Part shown: positions 42,003-61,754 of the stretch, one piece after another | Numbering within the stretch: the first letter of the stretch is position 1 | Layout: every line of letters starts with the position of its first letter | NCBI RefSeq assembly: GCF_009914755.1 | Contig: NC_060937.1 | Reading direction: 5' to 3' (one strand) | Source: the human T2T-CHM13v2.0 reference genome, Homo sapiens | DNA: 64,000 nucleotides | Notes under the pieces: model-generated | Told to the model about the DNA's origin: nothing | Databases searched by the model: none | What the model saw: only the letters and a program-made list of their open reading frames with translations | Program-made: the position numbers and the translations under genes

Positions 42003-44309
42003 TCTTGTTTTTTCATCCATTCAGCCATTCTGTCTTTTGATTGAAAAGTTTAGTCTGATGACATTCAATGTTATTATTGATAAGCAAGGACTTACTCCTG
42101 CCATTTTGTTAATTGTTTTCTGGTTGTTTTGTAGTCTTCTCTTCCTTCTTTCCTTCCTGTCTTCCATTAATGAAGGTAATTTTCTCTGGTGATATAATTT
42201 AGTTTCATGTTTCTTATTTTTTGTGTATCCCTTGTATTTTTTTGGTTTGAGGTTACCATGAGGCTTGCAAATACTATCTTATAACCCATTATTTTTAAGC
42301 TTATAAAATAAGTTTGCATAAACAAACAAGTAATAAGAAAACTAATACAAACTCTACAACTTAGTCTCACTACTTTTTAACTGTTATTTCTATTTATATC
42401 TTATTATACCATTTATGTCTTGAAAAGTTGTTATAGTCAATGTTTTTGATTGGCTCATAGTTGTCTCTCTACTTACAATAAGAGTAGTTTATACACCATA
42501 GTTACAGTGTCGTAACATTCTGTATTTTTCTGTGTATTTACTATTACCAGTGAGGTTTATACCTTCAGGTAGTTACTTATTGCTCACTAATGTCCTTGTC
42601 TTTCTGATTGAAGTACTCCCTTTAGCATTTCTTCTAGGACAGGTCTGGTGTTGATGAAATCCCTCAGCTTTTGTTTGTGTGGAAAAATCTTTCTTTCTCC
42701 TTCACTTTGAAGGATATTTTCACTGAATATATTGTTCTAGGGTAAATGTTTTGTTTCCTTCAGCATTTTCAATATGTCATGTCACTCTCTCCTGGCCTGA
42801 AACATTTCTATTAAAAAGTCTGTTGCCAGCTGTATTGTAACTCTATTGTATATTATTGGTTTCTTTTCTCTTGTTGCTTTTAAGATCCTTTATCCTTGAT
42901 CTTTGGGAGTGTGATTATTAAATGCCTTGAGGTAGTCTTCTTTGAGTTAAATCTGCTTGGTGTTTTGTAACCTTCTTGCACTTGGATACTGATATCTTTC
43001 TATAGGTTTGGGAAGTTCTGTTACTATCCCTTTGAATAAACTTTCTAACCCCTCTCTCTCTGCACCTCCTCTTTAAGGCCAGTATCGCTTAGATTTGCCC
43101 TTTTGATGCTATTTTCTAGATCATGTAGGCATGCTTCATTGTTTCTAATTCTTTCCTTTGTCTCCTCTATGTATTTTGAAATAGCCTGCCTTCAGGCTCA
43201 TTAATTCTTTCTTCTGCTTGATCAATTCTGCTATTAAAAGACTCTAATACATTCTTCAGTATGCCAATTACATTTTTTGGCTCCAGAATTTCTGCCTGAT
43301 TCTTTTTAATTATTTCAATCTCTTTGTTAAACTTATCTAATAGAATTATGATTTTTTTATCTGTGTTATCTTAAATTTATTTCTGTTTCCTCAACACAGC
43401 TATTTTGATTTGTCTGAAAGGTCACGTATCTCTGTTTCCCCAGGATTGGCCTCTGGTGTCTTATTGAGTTCATTTGGTGAGGTCATGTTTTCTCGGACAG
43501 TGTTGATGCTAGCAGATGTTCTTTGGTGTCTAGGCATTGAAGAATTAGGTATTTATTGTAGTTTTCCCTGTCAGGGCTTGTTTGTACCTATCTTTCTCAG
43601 GAAGGCTTTCCAGATATTGGAAAGAACTTGGATATTGTGATCTAAGTTGTATCTGCTTTAGGGGGCACCCCAAGCCTCCTAAACTCTGTGGTTCCTGCAG
43701 ACTCATAGTGGTACTGCCTTAATGGTCTTGGACAACATGCAGGATAATTCTCTGGGTTACCAAAAAGAGAGTCTTGTTCTCTTCCCTTAATTTCTCCCAA
43801 ACAAACAGAGTCTCTCTCTCTGTTCTGAGCCACCGTGACACAAACACCCCTGTGGCCACCGCTACTATGACTGCATTGGGTCAGACGTGAAGCCAGCACA
43901 GCACTGGGTCTTGCCCAAAACCTGCTGTAACCACTCCCTAGCTATTGCATAAGTTTGCTGAAGGCCCTGGGGCTCTACGATCATCACATGGTAAAAACAG
44001 TCAGGCCTGTGTCCTTCCCTTCACGATGGCAAGTTCTCCCAGGCTCCGGGTGGGTCCAAAGGTGCTGGGAATCAGGGCCTAGATCAGAAACTTATAATTC
44101 TACCTGGTGTTTTATGTGCTATAGCTGAGCTGGTTGAGCTGTCACTCAAACCACAAGATGCAATCCTCGCTACTCTTTCAACCCCTCTCCAAAAGCAGAG
44201 GAGCATCAATCCATGGCCACCTCACTCAAACACAGACCATGGGGGGTACTGCCAGACTACCACCAAGGTTCTCCTAAGGCCCAAAGGCTTTTAAGTCAGC
44301 TTGAGTTGA

Positions 44310-44595
<286 letters not shown>

Positions 44596-44648
44596 TTCTT
44601 AGAAAAGTACAAAATAGCTTTATGCATTATAAAAATAATCAAACTTAC

Positions 44649-44810
44649 CCTTCTACAAATACTCGAAGAAGAACATCCATGAGAAAAAATAAAGCAATAG
44701 CTAGAGAAATAGAATGATACTCCAAAGGAATATAAACTTTGCTATCAGTGAAAATTAGGTCAGCAAAGATCAGAGCCACATCCAACAAGATCAGGAAAAC
44801 TCCAAATATT
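44649..44810 (-). pseudogene. TPTE2P exon (VSD S1-S2), 162 nt
   Basis: gtag|A ATA TTT GGA...GAA GG|gtaagt gives [54 protein letters not shown]; no stops. Confidence 0.96.
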
Positions 44811-45969
44811 CTACAACAAATAAATAAATGAATAAATAAGTAAGTAACAACAAAGATAAAGGGGCTTTTGTCCCTATAGTTATACTATATTTAGGCCAAT
44901 GATCGGGTACCAAAATGTTATTATTTAGTATTAAACTGCCCAGTGGCAGGAAAAACTGTAATGTCATAGAATCTCAGAAAAATCACTGTTTTCACCCAAT
45001 AGAAGCAGTTCTTAATAAATAAAATTCCCACCAAACCACTTCACAAGACGTTATCATGCCCTTTTATAGCAGATCCATCAGACTAACACCTCAAGAGAGA
45101 AAAGTGAAACTGAACTAAAATTGCCTGTGTCTGTTTGTAAACTCTTCTTAAAATTTGAGAATTTCATAAGAAGTTTACACCCATTTCTCATAAAAAATAA
45201 AATCTTATTAATCTGGATAATTCTTAAGGATTTATTAATAAAAACCAAATGAAAGCATGAGTAACATAAGCTCTTAAAAGACCAAGATTTTTTTGTCAGT
45301 GACATTTTCAGCAAGTACATGATTACATATTTATGGGCGATTCTAGTACAGTGATGGGTACATGAGAAAGAATTCAATTCCATAAATATTTATAGTATTG
45401 AACTCTAAGGTACCTCCTGAAACTTGCTGTTACATATTCTAAATACATTCCCCATAAATTGATTATACTATTTGCTTAATCTATGAAGATGAATTCATCT
45501 TCAAAGTACTTTTCAAAAAGTTGCAGCTCAAGTTAAAATATCATTAATTCAAAAGGAAACAATTATATTGCGTAAATCTATATCATATTGCGTAAATCTA
45601 TATCATAGTATGAAATCTTACTCTTACGTAGAGAAGAGTCTGAGTAAATTGTTTCCAGAATTAAAGAGTAATTCTAGATGTATAAGGTACTTAATAAAAC
45701 ACTTTACTTATAATTATAGAATTTTATCATTCGATTTTCATTAACTTTACTTGTGCAGATGGAAGAAAAATAATATTAATATGTTACTATTAATCTTATA
45801 CAAAAGCCGTTTCTTTGCAAGTCTTAAAGTCCAGCTTAAACCAAATTTCCATGATAAATTAGATTACATTAGATGGGGCACATGGCTACTTAGAAACCGA
45901 TGGACAGGAAATGCTTTTTGGTTTTGTTTTTTATTTCAGTCTTTCTCATTGAAAGAGCGAGATATATAT

Positions 45970-46245
45970 ATATCTCGCTCTGTCACCTGGGCTGCAGTGC
46001 AATAGTGTGATCTCAGCTCACTCCAATCTCCGCCTCCCAGGTTCAAGCGATTCTTCCACCTAGGCCTCCCGAGCAGCTGGCATTGCAGGCACTCGCCATC
46101 ATGCCTGGCTAATTCTTTTATTTTTAATAGAGACGGGGTTTCACCGTGTTAGCCAGGCTGGTCTTGAACTCCTGACCTCAGGTGATCCACCTGCCTTGGC
46201 CTCCCAGAGTGCTGGGAGTACAGGCGTGAGCTACCGCACCTGGCC
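45970..46245 (-). mobile_element. AluS
   Basis: Reverse-complement Alu; tail decayed to (TA)n. Confidence 0.9.
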
Positions 46246-46333
46246 AAGTCTCAGATATATTTAATACGTGGTGTTTTTTATGCATTAAGTCTCAGGTATA
46301 TTTAATACATGGTGTTTTCTATGTCTCACATAC

Positions 46334-46384
46334 CCAACTGCAAAGGATGACACAATTGAATGAACAATTTTCTTAATCCTGCTG
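46334..46384 (-). pseudogene. TPTE2P exon (pre-S1), 51 nt
   Basis: tttgcag|C AGC AGG ATT...GTT GG|gtatgt gives SRIKKIVHSIVSSFAVG; NAGNAG acceptor. Confidence 0.93.
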
Positions 46385-47256
46385 CTGCAAAAACAAGCAA
46401 AAATAAAATCAATCAGATTTCTTCTAACTTATAAATTTAACCAAAAAACAAAGGCCTTTATAAATACAATTTTAAAAGAAAATTATTCAGAAGTTGTATA
46501 ACAAAATGCTTTTTACTAATAATTAAAATTTTATCTTTTCTGCTCCATGAGTATTTTACTTTCCTATCCAGAATATATGTGAATAAGACAGTAAACTTTG
46601 GATGTTTAGTAATATTTCCATTGCATGCAAAGCCCCAACTCCAACTTTATGGCAATACTAAGCTTAAACTTGTGGTCATCAACTCAAGGAATATAGCATG
46701 AAAAAAGAAAAGAGGGGTAGAAGAGAACTGTATTTTAATGCCAGCCTGGGCAAGTCATCAAACTTTGGCCAGATCTCAGTTTCCACAGCAATAAAATAAG
46801 GTATTTCAGGGATGAGCATAGGGAGTAAATGATGCTCTTGTCATCTCTTTCAAACTAGACACCTAGTGAACAGATACACATTAGTGACAGTTGCCTTTGA
46901 GGTGGCATAGGAACTGCAGCGGTAAGACATTTTAGTAAGATACACTTCAAAGGAGAAACACCTGAAAGACTGGGCTCCTTCCATTAATCCAAGAAAGGAG
47001 AACCTGTTTGATGGAGCCCCCAGTAATGCCTCATTTTACCTTATGGCTGAAGACAAGGTAGCTGATGAGGAACAATTTTTTGTCCTACTGAAGCCTTCAG
47101 GAAGTTTCTATCATACTGAAGCCTCCAACACAGGACTCAAATTTCACCCCAAGAGGCACGAATCCTAAGACAATGCTCACAGCCTGTGCCTAAGACTGGA
47201 GAATAAAAGAGGACAGACACTGAGGAGAACTGGGGCACTGCCAAAATTGGCCTTCG

Positions 47257-48395
47257 ACATGAACAGACATTTCTCAAAAGAAGACATACATGTGGCAAAG
47301 AAGCATACGAAAAAAAGCTCAATATCACAGATTAGAGAAATGCCAATCAAAACCACAATGAGATGCCATTTCACACCAGACAATAGTCAGAATGGCTATT
47401 ATTAAAGTGTCAAAAAATAACAGGTGCTGGCAAGGTTGCAGAGAAAAGGGAACACTTATACACTGTTGATGGGAGTGTGAATTAGTTCAACCATTGTAAA
47501 AAGCAGTATGGCGACACCTAGAAGAGCTAAAAGTAGAACTACTATTTGACTGAGCAATCCCATTACCTAGTATATACCCAGAGGAATATAAATCATTCTA
47601 CTGTAAAGCATATGCATGTGAATGTTCACTGCAGCACTATTTACAATAGCAAAGACATGGAATCAACACAAATACCCATCAATGACAGATTGGATAAAGA
47701 AAATGTGGTACATATACACCATGGAATACTATGCAGCCATAAAAAAGAATGAGATCGGCTGCGCACGGTGGCTCACGCCTGTAATCCCAGCACTTTCGGA
47801 GGCTGAGGCGGGCAGATCATGAGGTCAGGAGATCAAGACCACCCCAGCTAACACGATGAAACCTCGTCTCTACTAAAAATACAAAAAAAATTAGCTGGGC
47901 GTGGTGGCGGGCGCCTGTAGTCCCAGCTACTCGGGAGGCTGAGGCAGGAAGAATGGCGTGAACCCAGGAGGAAGAACTTGCAGTGAACCGAGACTGTGCC
48001 ACTGCACTCCAGCCTGGGCAGCAGAGAGAGACTCCGTCTCAAAAAAAGAAAAAAAGAATGAGATCCTGTCTTTTGTGGGAACGTGGATGGAGCTGGAGGC
48101 TATCATCCTTAGCAAACTAGTGCAGAAAGCAAAAATCAAATACTGAATGTTCTCATCTGTAAGTGGTATAGCTAAGTGATAAGGATGTAAAAACACAAAG
48201 AGGGAAGCAAACACTGGGGTCTACCTAAGTGGGGAGAGTAGGAGGAGAGAGACAAGCAAAAAGGATCACTATTTGGGTACTGAGCTTAATACCTGGGTGA
48301 TGAAATAATATGTAAAACAAACCACCCTGACACATGTTTACCTATGTAACAAACCTTCACGTGTACCTCGAAACCTAAAATAAAAGTTAAAAAAA
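47257..48395 (+). mobile_element. L1PA13-16-type 5'-truncated element with nested AluY (47757-48053)
   Basis: ORF2 3' end plus 3'UTR; L1 TSD caaaattggcct; Alu TSD aaaaaagaatgagatc. Confidence 0.9.
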
Positions 48396-49643
48396 GCAAA
48401 ATTGGCCTCTGATGAATGATGTTAGGTTAACCTGAGATAAAGGAAATCCCCAATCCTTCTAATCTTCCCCTCATCCACCTGGACCCACCACCTCTACCCA
48501 GGCTTAGAAAGTTAAGGCTGATGTAGACAGAGGATCAGTTGGCCAAAAGAGGCGAATTCTCTCCGGAAGTTGCCATTCTCTTTTTACAAGAACCTCTGAT
48601 CCCACACAGTCTACTGGATCTCTGGGTATCAAGGAAATGTCATCAATCTGAATTCACTTGACAATATCACCATACAGAACCAAGCCTGATAGATCATGAA
48701 GGCATGAAGTAGCGGCTTGGGTGGCTTTAGCCCCTTCAATCTGTTTCAGTGTCCCCTGAAACTGTACCAAGTAAATATACAATTGAGACTTTTTTTGGTT
48801 AAAAAAGTGTACTATGTAAATGCAGCTTCAAGCAGTTACATGCAGAGTTTGCAGGGAAATAACTATGACTCAATATATCCATATCCAGGAAAAGTACTGT
48901 TCACATTTGAGAGCAACAGACAGACACTCCAACATGCAGCAACTCAAAGCATAGCCTCTATGTGCCTTTCCTAAAAATAATTACTCCAAGTGCTTGAGTC
49001 AGCGGAGCAATGAATCAAAATGAAGAACAGAGCAATAAGGAACATGACTTATAGAGAAAAGATGGTAAATAATATAAACTCAGAAGTAAGTCTAAATAAC
49101 AACTGTTAATGTAGCATAAAAATGTAGGTGAAAATGTAAATAAACGATTCTAAAAGTAAAGATAATATAAAATTATCAATAATAGTATTGATTTAAATTT
49201 TAGGCATTCTTACACTAGGATTCAAGGTTTGGAAGAAGATAGAAGTAAAGGCAGATTGCATTTCTTATCTTCTACAGATACAAGTCCAGTTTTATTCTCG
49301 ATATTGATGGAGAAAAATGGTATAATTATGTTTTCTAAATATTTAAATATAAACTGATGGACTAGAAATGGGCTTCTGACTTGCCTATCAGTAAAAAATG
49401 TAAGGGATAAAAACAAATCAATTACTAGCAAAATATAGAATAATTTAAAAAGAAAATATCAAAGTATTTTTCATAAAGAAAAAGACAATAAAGCCAAACA
49501 TACCAGAAATCATAAATACAAACATATTCCTCCCATATTCCATGAGAAATACACTCAGATAACTTTAAAATCAAAGGCATTACATGCTATACACAAGAGA
49601 CAAAAACTAAATTTAAATGACAGTTTAAAAATAAAGAGATAGA

Positions 49644-49950
49644 GGCCGGGTGTGGTGGCTCACACCTGTAATCCCAGCACTTTGGGAGGCTGAGGCGGGC
49701 AGATCACGAGGTCAAGTGATCGAGTCCATCCTAGGCGACCCCCCATCTCTACTAAAAATATCAAAAATTAGCTGGGCGTGGTGATGTACACCTGTAGTCC
49801 CAGCCACTCGGGAGGCTGAGTCAGAAGAATGGCTTGAACCTGGGAGGTGGAGGTTGCAGTGAGCCAAGATCATGCCAGTGCACTCCAGCCTGGCCACAGA
49901 GTGAGACTCCGTCTCAGAAAAAAAAAAAAGAGAAAAAGAAAAGAGAAAAA
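49644..49950 (+). mobile_element. AluS
   Basis: Dimer with an A-rich tail, within degenerate L1M sequence. Confidence 0.9.
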
Positions 49951-52592
49951 GACTTGAGATACTAAACCTTAAAACACTATAAGTTCCAATATTAATATCA
50001 AAGTGGAATTCAAAGCACAAATATTAACTATGACCATGACTTATTTTTTATCAATAGAAGGTGGAAGCTACATGACACTAACAAGACCATTTTTAATGAA
50101 ATGGGATTCGTATCAAGGGCAGGTGCTATCTCTCCCACTGGACACATTTTTCTCTGGTACAGACTCTGGCGGTACGGAGATGGCCATGATGCAAAGCAAT
50201 GAAAACACTGTACTGACTCTCTGGTCTTCCTGATCTCGCTCTAGATCACTAAAACAGGGTAAGGACAATACAGGGGGATGATATTTTGATGCTGTGAAAA
50301 CTATTAGTCACACAGGAGAAAAGTAAATTTCTACACTTTATGCCTTAAGACAAAGTAAATTCAGGGCAGCGATTTTATTTAAATGAAGAAAATAAGCTCA
50401 AAACAGAAATCTTGGTGAATATATTTAAAATCTTGGGGTAGAGAAGGACTTTCTGAGAATAACATTAAAGGCATAAATCACAAAGAAAAGTATAGGTACA
50501 TTTGATTATATGAAGATTCAACACTTTTATATAGTGAAAAGCAAGACACCCTGGGAGAAACTACTTATATTACATAAAATAGAAAAAGGATCAACAGATT
50601 TAACTTTTCAGTCCAAAGACAGAAAAACACCCCAATTTTAACTGGCCAAAGGTAGTTTGGAAATGATGAAATATTAACCGAAAAAAGCATAAATGAAGGT
50701 ATGTCAAAGAATGTGCATTAGAACAAATAGATTTACTAATATCAAAGAAATCAATGACAGCTAGCGTTAAGTATGGGAGGGGAGAAATGTACACTTTAGC
50801 ATCTTGATGTTCAAGCACTTATCAATACCAATAGCATCATAATCATTCCCTTTGACACAGGATTTCCACTTCTGAGAATTTATAATAAGCAAATAACCAA
50901 CGATATGCAAAGATTTAGCCTCAAATATTTTTTGTAACAGTAAAAACTTGTAAAAAACTTAATTGTTCAGCAATATCTGACTATTAAATGAATTATAGCA
51001 CATCTACACCATGCAGTATTACAAAACTATTACAAATAATGTTGTAAGTGCACATGAATATACATTAACAAGAAAATATAGATATGATGTCATTAAGTAA
51101 TAAGGTTATTTACAAAAGAATATAAGTATGGTCTCGTATCTGCAAACAAAAAATGCATATGCTTAAAGAACTCAGAAGTGCATGTATCAAAGTTTAAGAA
51201 TGACTGCATGTGGGCAGATTTGTTGATTGGATTTTCTGATTTTCCTTTAATAAACTCTCACATTATTTTCAGTTTTTCGCACAAAACCTATTCACAGAGC
51301 TACAGAGTTTTCAAAGTGTTTTTGCATGTTATTTTAGTTTTATTACTAATTTTTTACAATACAATATCCACTACATAGATAGCATTATAACCAGTTTACA
51401 TTTGAATAATCTAAAACTAAAAGAGGTTCAATGACTTCCTGAGTATCAGATGAATGAATACATGATGTCAAAGCCAAGCACTGATTCCAGCTTTTACTAT
51501 AAATCCAAGATCATCCCCCTGGTATGAAACACCAGTGTTTCTCACAGGGACTACTACCAATTCCTCCTATATTTATGCAATGAGACTTTGTAACTTAAAA
51601 ATAAAACAAAACAAAAACCTGCTTTCTTTTGTTTGGAGAGGGGAAAGAAAAAGGAAATGCTTGCCTTGCTCAATCTGTCTAATTTTGCCTCAACCCTGGG
51701 CAGCTCCATTACAGAAAATGTATAGCTAGTATGCAGACACACAGTTTAATTAAGTGGTGCCGTGAATTCTTCACTGATGGCCCATGATAAAAATTTCTAG
51801 AAAATGAAAACTCAGGGTAATTTGAAGAACTATTTGTATTTGCCCTCTGTTTCCCATGTAATCTTTGTTTAGACACCAACAGCTTATAACCATGATGAGT
51901 TAACTTCCTCTATGGCAGCACTTCCTCTCCAACATTGACATAAGCTGGTGAATGGTTATACAACTGGGCAAGAAAGAAGCAGAAGAAAAATCTCCTGAAT
52001 ATGTCTGCAGTTCAGACACAAGCCAGTTTAAGAATGTGTTGTTTCGTTACAGTGAGTACATGGTAAAATGCCTTCAGGTCAGTGCAATAGGAGTACTCAG
52101 TACTCTAGTGAGATTAGAAACAAATAATAACAAAATCCCAGTGAGCATAAAGAGGTCTTTAGTCAGCAAAACATGTTTGCTTTTGCTATCAATACCACTT
52201 GCTCATAGGTGAAATCTACAAAACTGGGAATCGCACAATATCCAGTAAAAATGAGAAAGGTTCACTATTGATGAGTAAGTAACATTCTGCATTCCTGTTT
52301 TCTTTAAAAAAAAAAAAACTTCTAATGAAGTTAATTTCTTCTAAGGATACTTTTTACATTTTCAAGCTAGAAGAACATTTATTCCTGAATGGATGGAATT
52401 TTTTTTCAAAATAATACTTGTCTAAGAATTCAATTGGAGGAAATATGGTGTACTCTCCCACCCACACACCCATACATTTTGATATCCTTCCGTAGTTTCC
52501 CTTTTTCCTTTGTGCCTCAGCGTAAGCCCTGTTCAACTAAAGAAAAGAGATCCATCAATGGCTCCCTCCTTTCAAACTTCAAACTGACTTAC

Positions 52593-52655
52593 TCATATGA
52601 AGCGACATATTCAGCATTTTCATAATCTTCAAACCTGGAAAGTCGTTCTGACACA
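52593..52655 (-). pseudogene. TPTE2P exon (S0 region), 63 nt
   Basis: aaag|T GTG TCA GAA CGA...TAT GA|gtaagt gives VSERLSRFEDYENAEYVASY(D); TPTE2 has MLERLSKFEVEDAENVASYD, so one extra codon here. Confidence 0.9.
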
Positions 52656-53474
52656 CTTTAGCCACCAAAAAAATGCAAAAATATATCATTAGATATTTGC
52701 TACACAAAACAGTGATGAAGAATTTATTTGAATAACAAGAATTCCATGAATCTAAAGGATATAGTAAACATGACTTAGCTCACTGGAAGACCTGACATTT
52801 AAGAAAGAAAATTACAGTCATTAACCAGAAACTATTCTCACAGATACTCCCAACGCTGAATTTTGCATATTTTTCTCTTCTTTTCTCTCTCTGTCTCTTT
52901 CTATATATGTATATAAAGGTAATTAAAAGAATATGTATATAGTTATAGAATACATAAATGTGTATAGACATATCACAAAGACATTGTGGGTTTCATTCCA
53001 GACCACTGCAATAAAGCAAAAACTGCATTAAGTGACTCACACAAATGTTTTGGTTTCCCTGTGCATATAAACGTTATGTTTATACTACACTGTAGTCTGT
53101 TAAGTGTGCAACGACATTATGTCAAAAAAAATTATGTACATACCTTAAAGTAAAACTACTTTATTGGTTAAAAAAATGCTAATGATCACCTGAGCCTTTA
53201 GCAAGTCATAATCTTTTTGCTGGTGGAGGGCGTTGCCTCCATGTTGATGGCTGCTGACTGATCAGAGCTGTGGTTGCCAACGGTTGGGGTGGCTGAGGCA
53301 ATTTCTTAAAATAAGACAACAACGAACTTCACTATATCAAATGACTCTTCCTTTCACAGGTGATTTCTCTGTAACATGTGATGCCATTTGATAGCATTTT
53401 ACCCACAGTAGAACTGTTTTCAAAATTGGAGTGAATCCTCTCAAATCCTACCACTACTTTATCAACCATAGTTT

Positions 53475-58460
<4,986 letters not shown>

Positions 58461-59431
58461 TTGATTTAGCATAACTCGTAAGGGCCCTAGGATTTTCAGA
58501 ACAGTCAATGATCATTGGCCTCAACTTAAAGTCACCAGTTTCATTCGCCCCTAAAAGAGAATCGGCCTGTGCCTTGAAGCTTTGAAACCATGCATTGACT
58601 TCTCTCCAAATATAAAAGTCCTGGATGGCATCTTCTTCCAATAAAAAAGGCTATCTTGTCTACAGTGAAAATCTGTTGTTTCGTGTAGCCACCTTCATCA
58701 ATTGTCTCAGCTACATCTTCTGGATAACTTGCTGCTGCTGGATAACAGCACTTGCGTTTCACCTTGCACTTTTATGTTATGGAGATGGCTTCTTTCCTTA
58801 AACTTCATGAACCAACCTGTTAGCTTCAAGCTTTTCTTCTGCAACTTACTTACCTCTCTCAGCCATCACTGAATTGCAGAGAGAGGGGGCCTTGTCCTGG
58901 ATTAGGCTTTGGCTTAAGGAAAGGCTATGGCTGCTTTGATCTTCTATCCAGACCGCTAAAACCTTCTCCATATTAGCAATCAGCCTGTTTTGCTTCCTCA
59001 TCATTTGTATGTTCACTGGAGTAGCAGTCTTAATTTTCTTTGAGAATATATACACGTATTTTGCATTCGCAACTTGTCTGACTGGTGCAAGAAGTCTAGC
59101 CTTCCTCACAATCATTTTTAGCTTTTAGTTTAAAGTGAGAGGCTTCTGACTCTTCCTTTCACTAGGACACTTAGAAACCCTCATAGACTTATTAAATGGC
59201 CTACTTTCAATATTGTTGTGTCTTAGGAAGTAGGGAGGCCCAAGAAGAGGGAGAGAGATGGGGAATGGCTACTCAGTGGAGCAGTCAAAAAACACATGGC
59301 ATTGATTAAGGTAGTTGTCCTATAGGACATGGTTCATGTTCATGTTGCCCCCAAACAATTACAATAGTAACGTCAACGATCACTGATCACAGATCATAAG
59401 AGATAGGATAACAACAAAAAAGTTTAAAATA

Positions 59432-59717
59432 GGCTGGGCGTGGTGGCTCACGCCTGTAATCCCACCACTGTGGGAGGCCAAGGCAGGCGGATCACGAGGT
59501 CAGGAGTTTGAGACCAGCCTGACGAACATGGTGAAACCCCGTCTCTACTAAGAATATAAAAATTAGCCGGGCGTGGTGGCAGGTGCCTGTAATCCCAGCT
59601 ACTCAGGAGGCTGTGGCAGAGAATCGCTTGAACCCGGGAGGCTGAGGTTGCAGTGAGCTGAGATCGTGCCACTGCATTCCAGCCTGGGTGTCAGAGCGAG
59701 AGTCTGTCTCAAAAAAA
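59432..59717 (+). mobile_element. AluSg-like inserted in Tigger1
   Basis: Full dimer; TSD aaaa(a/g)agtttaa(a/g)ata. Confidence 0.92.
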
Positions 59718-59896
59718 GAGTTTAAGATATTGCAAGAGTTACTAAAATGTGACACAGAGACACAAAGTGAGCACGTGTTGTTGGAAAAATGAAACCAAGA
59801 GACTTGCTCAATGCAAGGTTGCTACAAACCTTCAGTTTATAAAAAAGTAATATCTGAGGGGCAATAAAGTAAAGCACAATAACATAAGGTATACAT

Positions 59897-60280
59897 GTAT
59901 ACACACACACGTGTACATATCTACTGTATATGTATACATATATGCTAAACAATATATCTACATATACGTATCTATATATATACATGCATGTCTATATGCT
60001 AAAGTATATATACATAAAAGACTACTGATGTTATTAATTGGGGTCAGTGCTATAGAATATATCTATATAGATACATATATGTACATAAAGATATGTATAT
60101 ATCTATATATGCACATATAGATATATGTATATAGATATGTTCATACATATACACACATACATGTATGTAGGTATCTATATATACTAAATATATATATAAA
60201 GGATATACCTATATATATATATATATACACACATACATATATTCACGTGTGTGTGTATGTGTGTGTGTGTGTATAGATAT
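59897..60280. repeat. TA/CA low-complexity microsatellite region
   Basis: Seen directly in the sequence. Confidence 0.85.
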
Positions 60281-61703
60281 ATTCTTTAGCAATGACCCAG
60301 ATTAATAACATCAGTTGTCTTCAATGACACCACCATTGAAAGGTGAGTTACAGCAGATATATCAAAGTAGTGAAAGACTACTGATGTCATTTTATCTGGG
60401 CCAGTGCTAAGGATTAAAAAGGTACATGCCAGATCAAGCGACTTCAGAGACTTGCTTTTCTGGTTGAAGTTATGTACAATTGTTCTACTGCATTTATAAA
60501 CTGGTTGAACTCTGAAAACGTATATGTCAATTAATTACTTGGAATCTAGTATTAATATATCATTTTTTTTCCCTAAAAGAAAGCCTTACATAATGTAAAA
60601 AAGCTTTTGGGCCTTAACAAACAGCCTAGTGAATCAAAATTTAAGTACAATTCTTTATTACTTCATTTGTGAGTGAATCTTACCAATCTCATTATCTCCC
60701 TCTTTTCTTTCTCCCCATATATTGATGACTCTACCACAGACTACTCTTTTTAGTTCAATGGGGTAATAGCTAAATGATTAAAAATGAATATAGGAAGACT
60801 CCACATGTCTTCCTAGACTATTTTTCTGACACAAATGAGTAATAATTACTCTACAATTTATAATCTAGTTACCCTAAAAATTGACATCTTAATCAGTTAT
60901 TTATTTGAAACCTGGTATTTAACTTTTCTCTAGAAACGAGGTTTCAGATGTTTGCAATGAAATTCTTAGGCCTGTGGAAAAAAACTTAATGAGTGAAGTT
61001 TATATACATTTCTTTACTCCTAACCCTAATCCCCAAGTTACCATTTCTGGCAAAATTTACATAAGTTCAACTTCAGTTTGTAAACACCCACCTTGCTTGC
61101 ACTTGTAAGTTTCTGCCTTCTCAAGTTCAAATACCAATAACTCTTCACCAATCATGGATGTCTTTTCTGCCCCTCAGATACGGTTAAGTAACTGCAGACC
61201 TAAGGCAGGGGCTCCATCCAATCTGATGGTGGGTTTGCCTTTGGGACAGTAACCTCATGTGGTAATAGAGGAAGAGATCAGGGTTCTACTAGCTTTGTTC
61301 TTTTCTGTTAAGAGCTCCTCAGCTCCCTGCCCACTGCTACCTCCTCCATGCTAAAAATAGGACTGTCTCCTCTCTTGGCTCACTCATATTTTCCTAAGGT
61401 TTTTGGCTACTGCTAAATAAGAGTGACCAATGCAATAGGAATAAGAAGCATTGCTCTTATGACCTGTTCCTTTTTTATCCAACTAGATCCAAAAAGGATA
61501 GAAAGGTAACTGCAGATACTAAAGTAATTAGACTTTAGAAAACAGTGTCTAAGACACTCTGTATTCTTATGGGTGCTCCAGACAATGAACTTGCCAAATC
61601 TGAATCTCTCTTCTGTACATGTATGCTTTTGTGTGTGTGTGTCTATGTGTATATTTACATATATATATGTTTACATCTAGCTTTTAATTTATTTAGACCT
61701 CAC

Positions 61704-61754
61704 TTTTTGTTGAAGGATGCTGCATGAGTTATTGTCATTTCACTGAAGGCAGTG
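61704..61754 (-). pseudogene. Degenerate paralogous N-terminal repeat exon, 51 nt
   Basis: atgag|C ACT GCC TTC AGT GAA ATG...AAA AA|gtgagg gives TAFSEMTITHAASFNK; phase 2-2; same relative position in a duplicated unit as exon 63073-63126; weak GAG acceptor. Confidence 0.45.

Noticed and set aside
46735-46830. Possible MIR fragment, and old L1ME fragments at ~14.3-15.1 kb and ~49-51 kb
   Set aside because: Too degenerate to delimit by eye.
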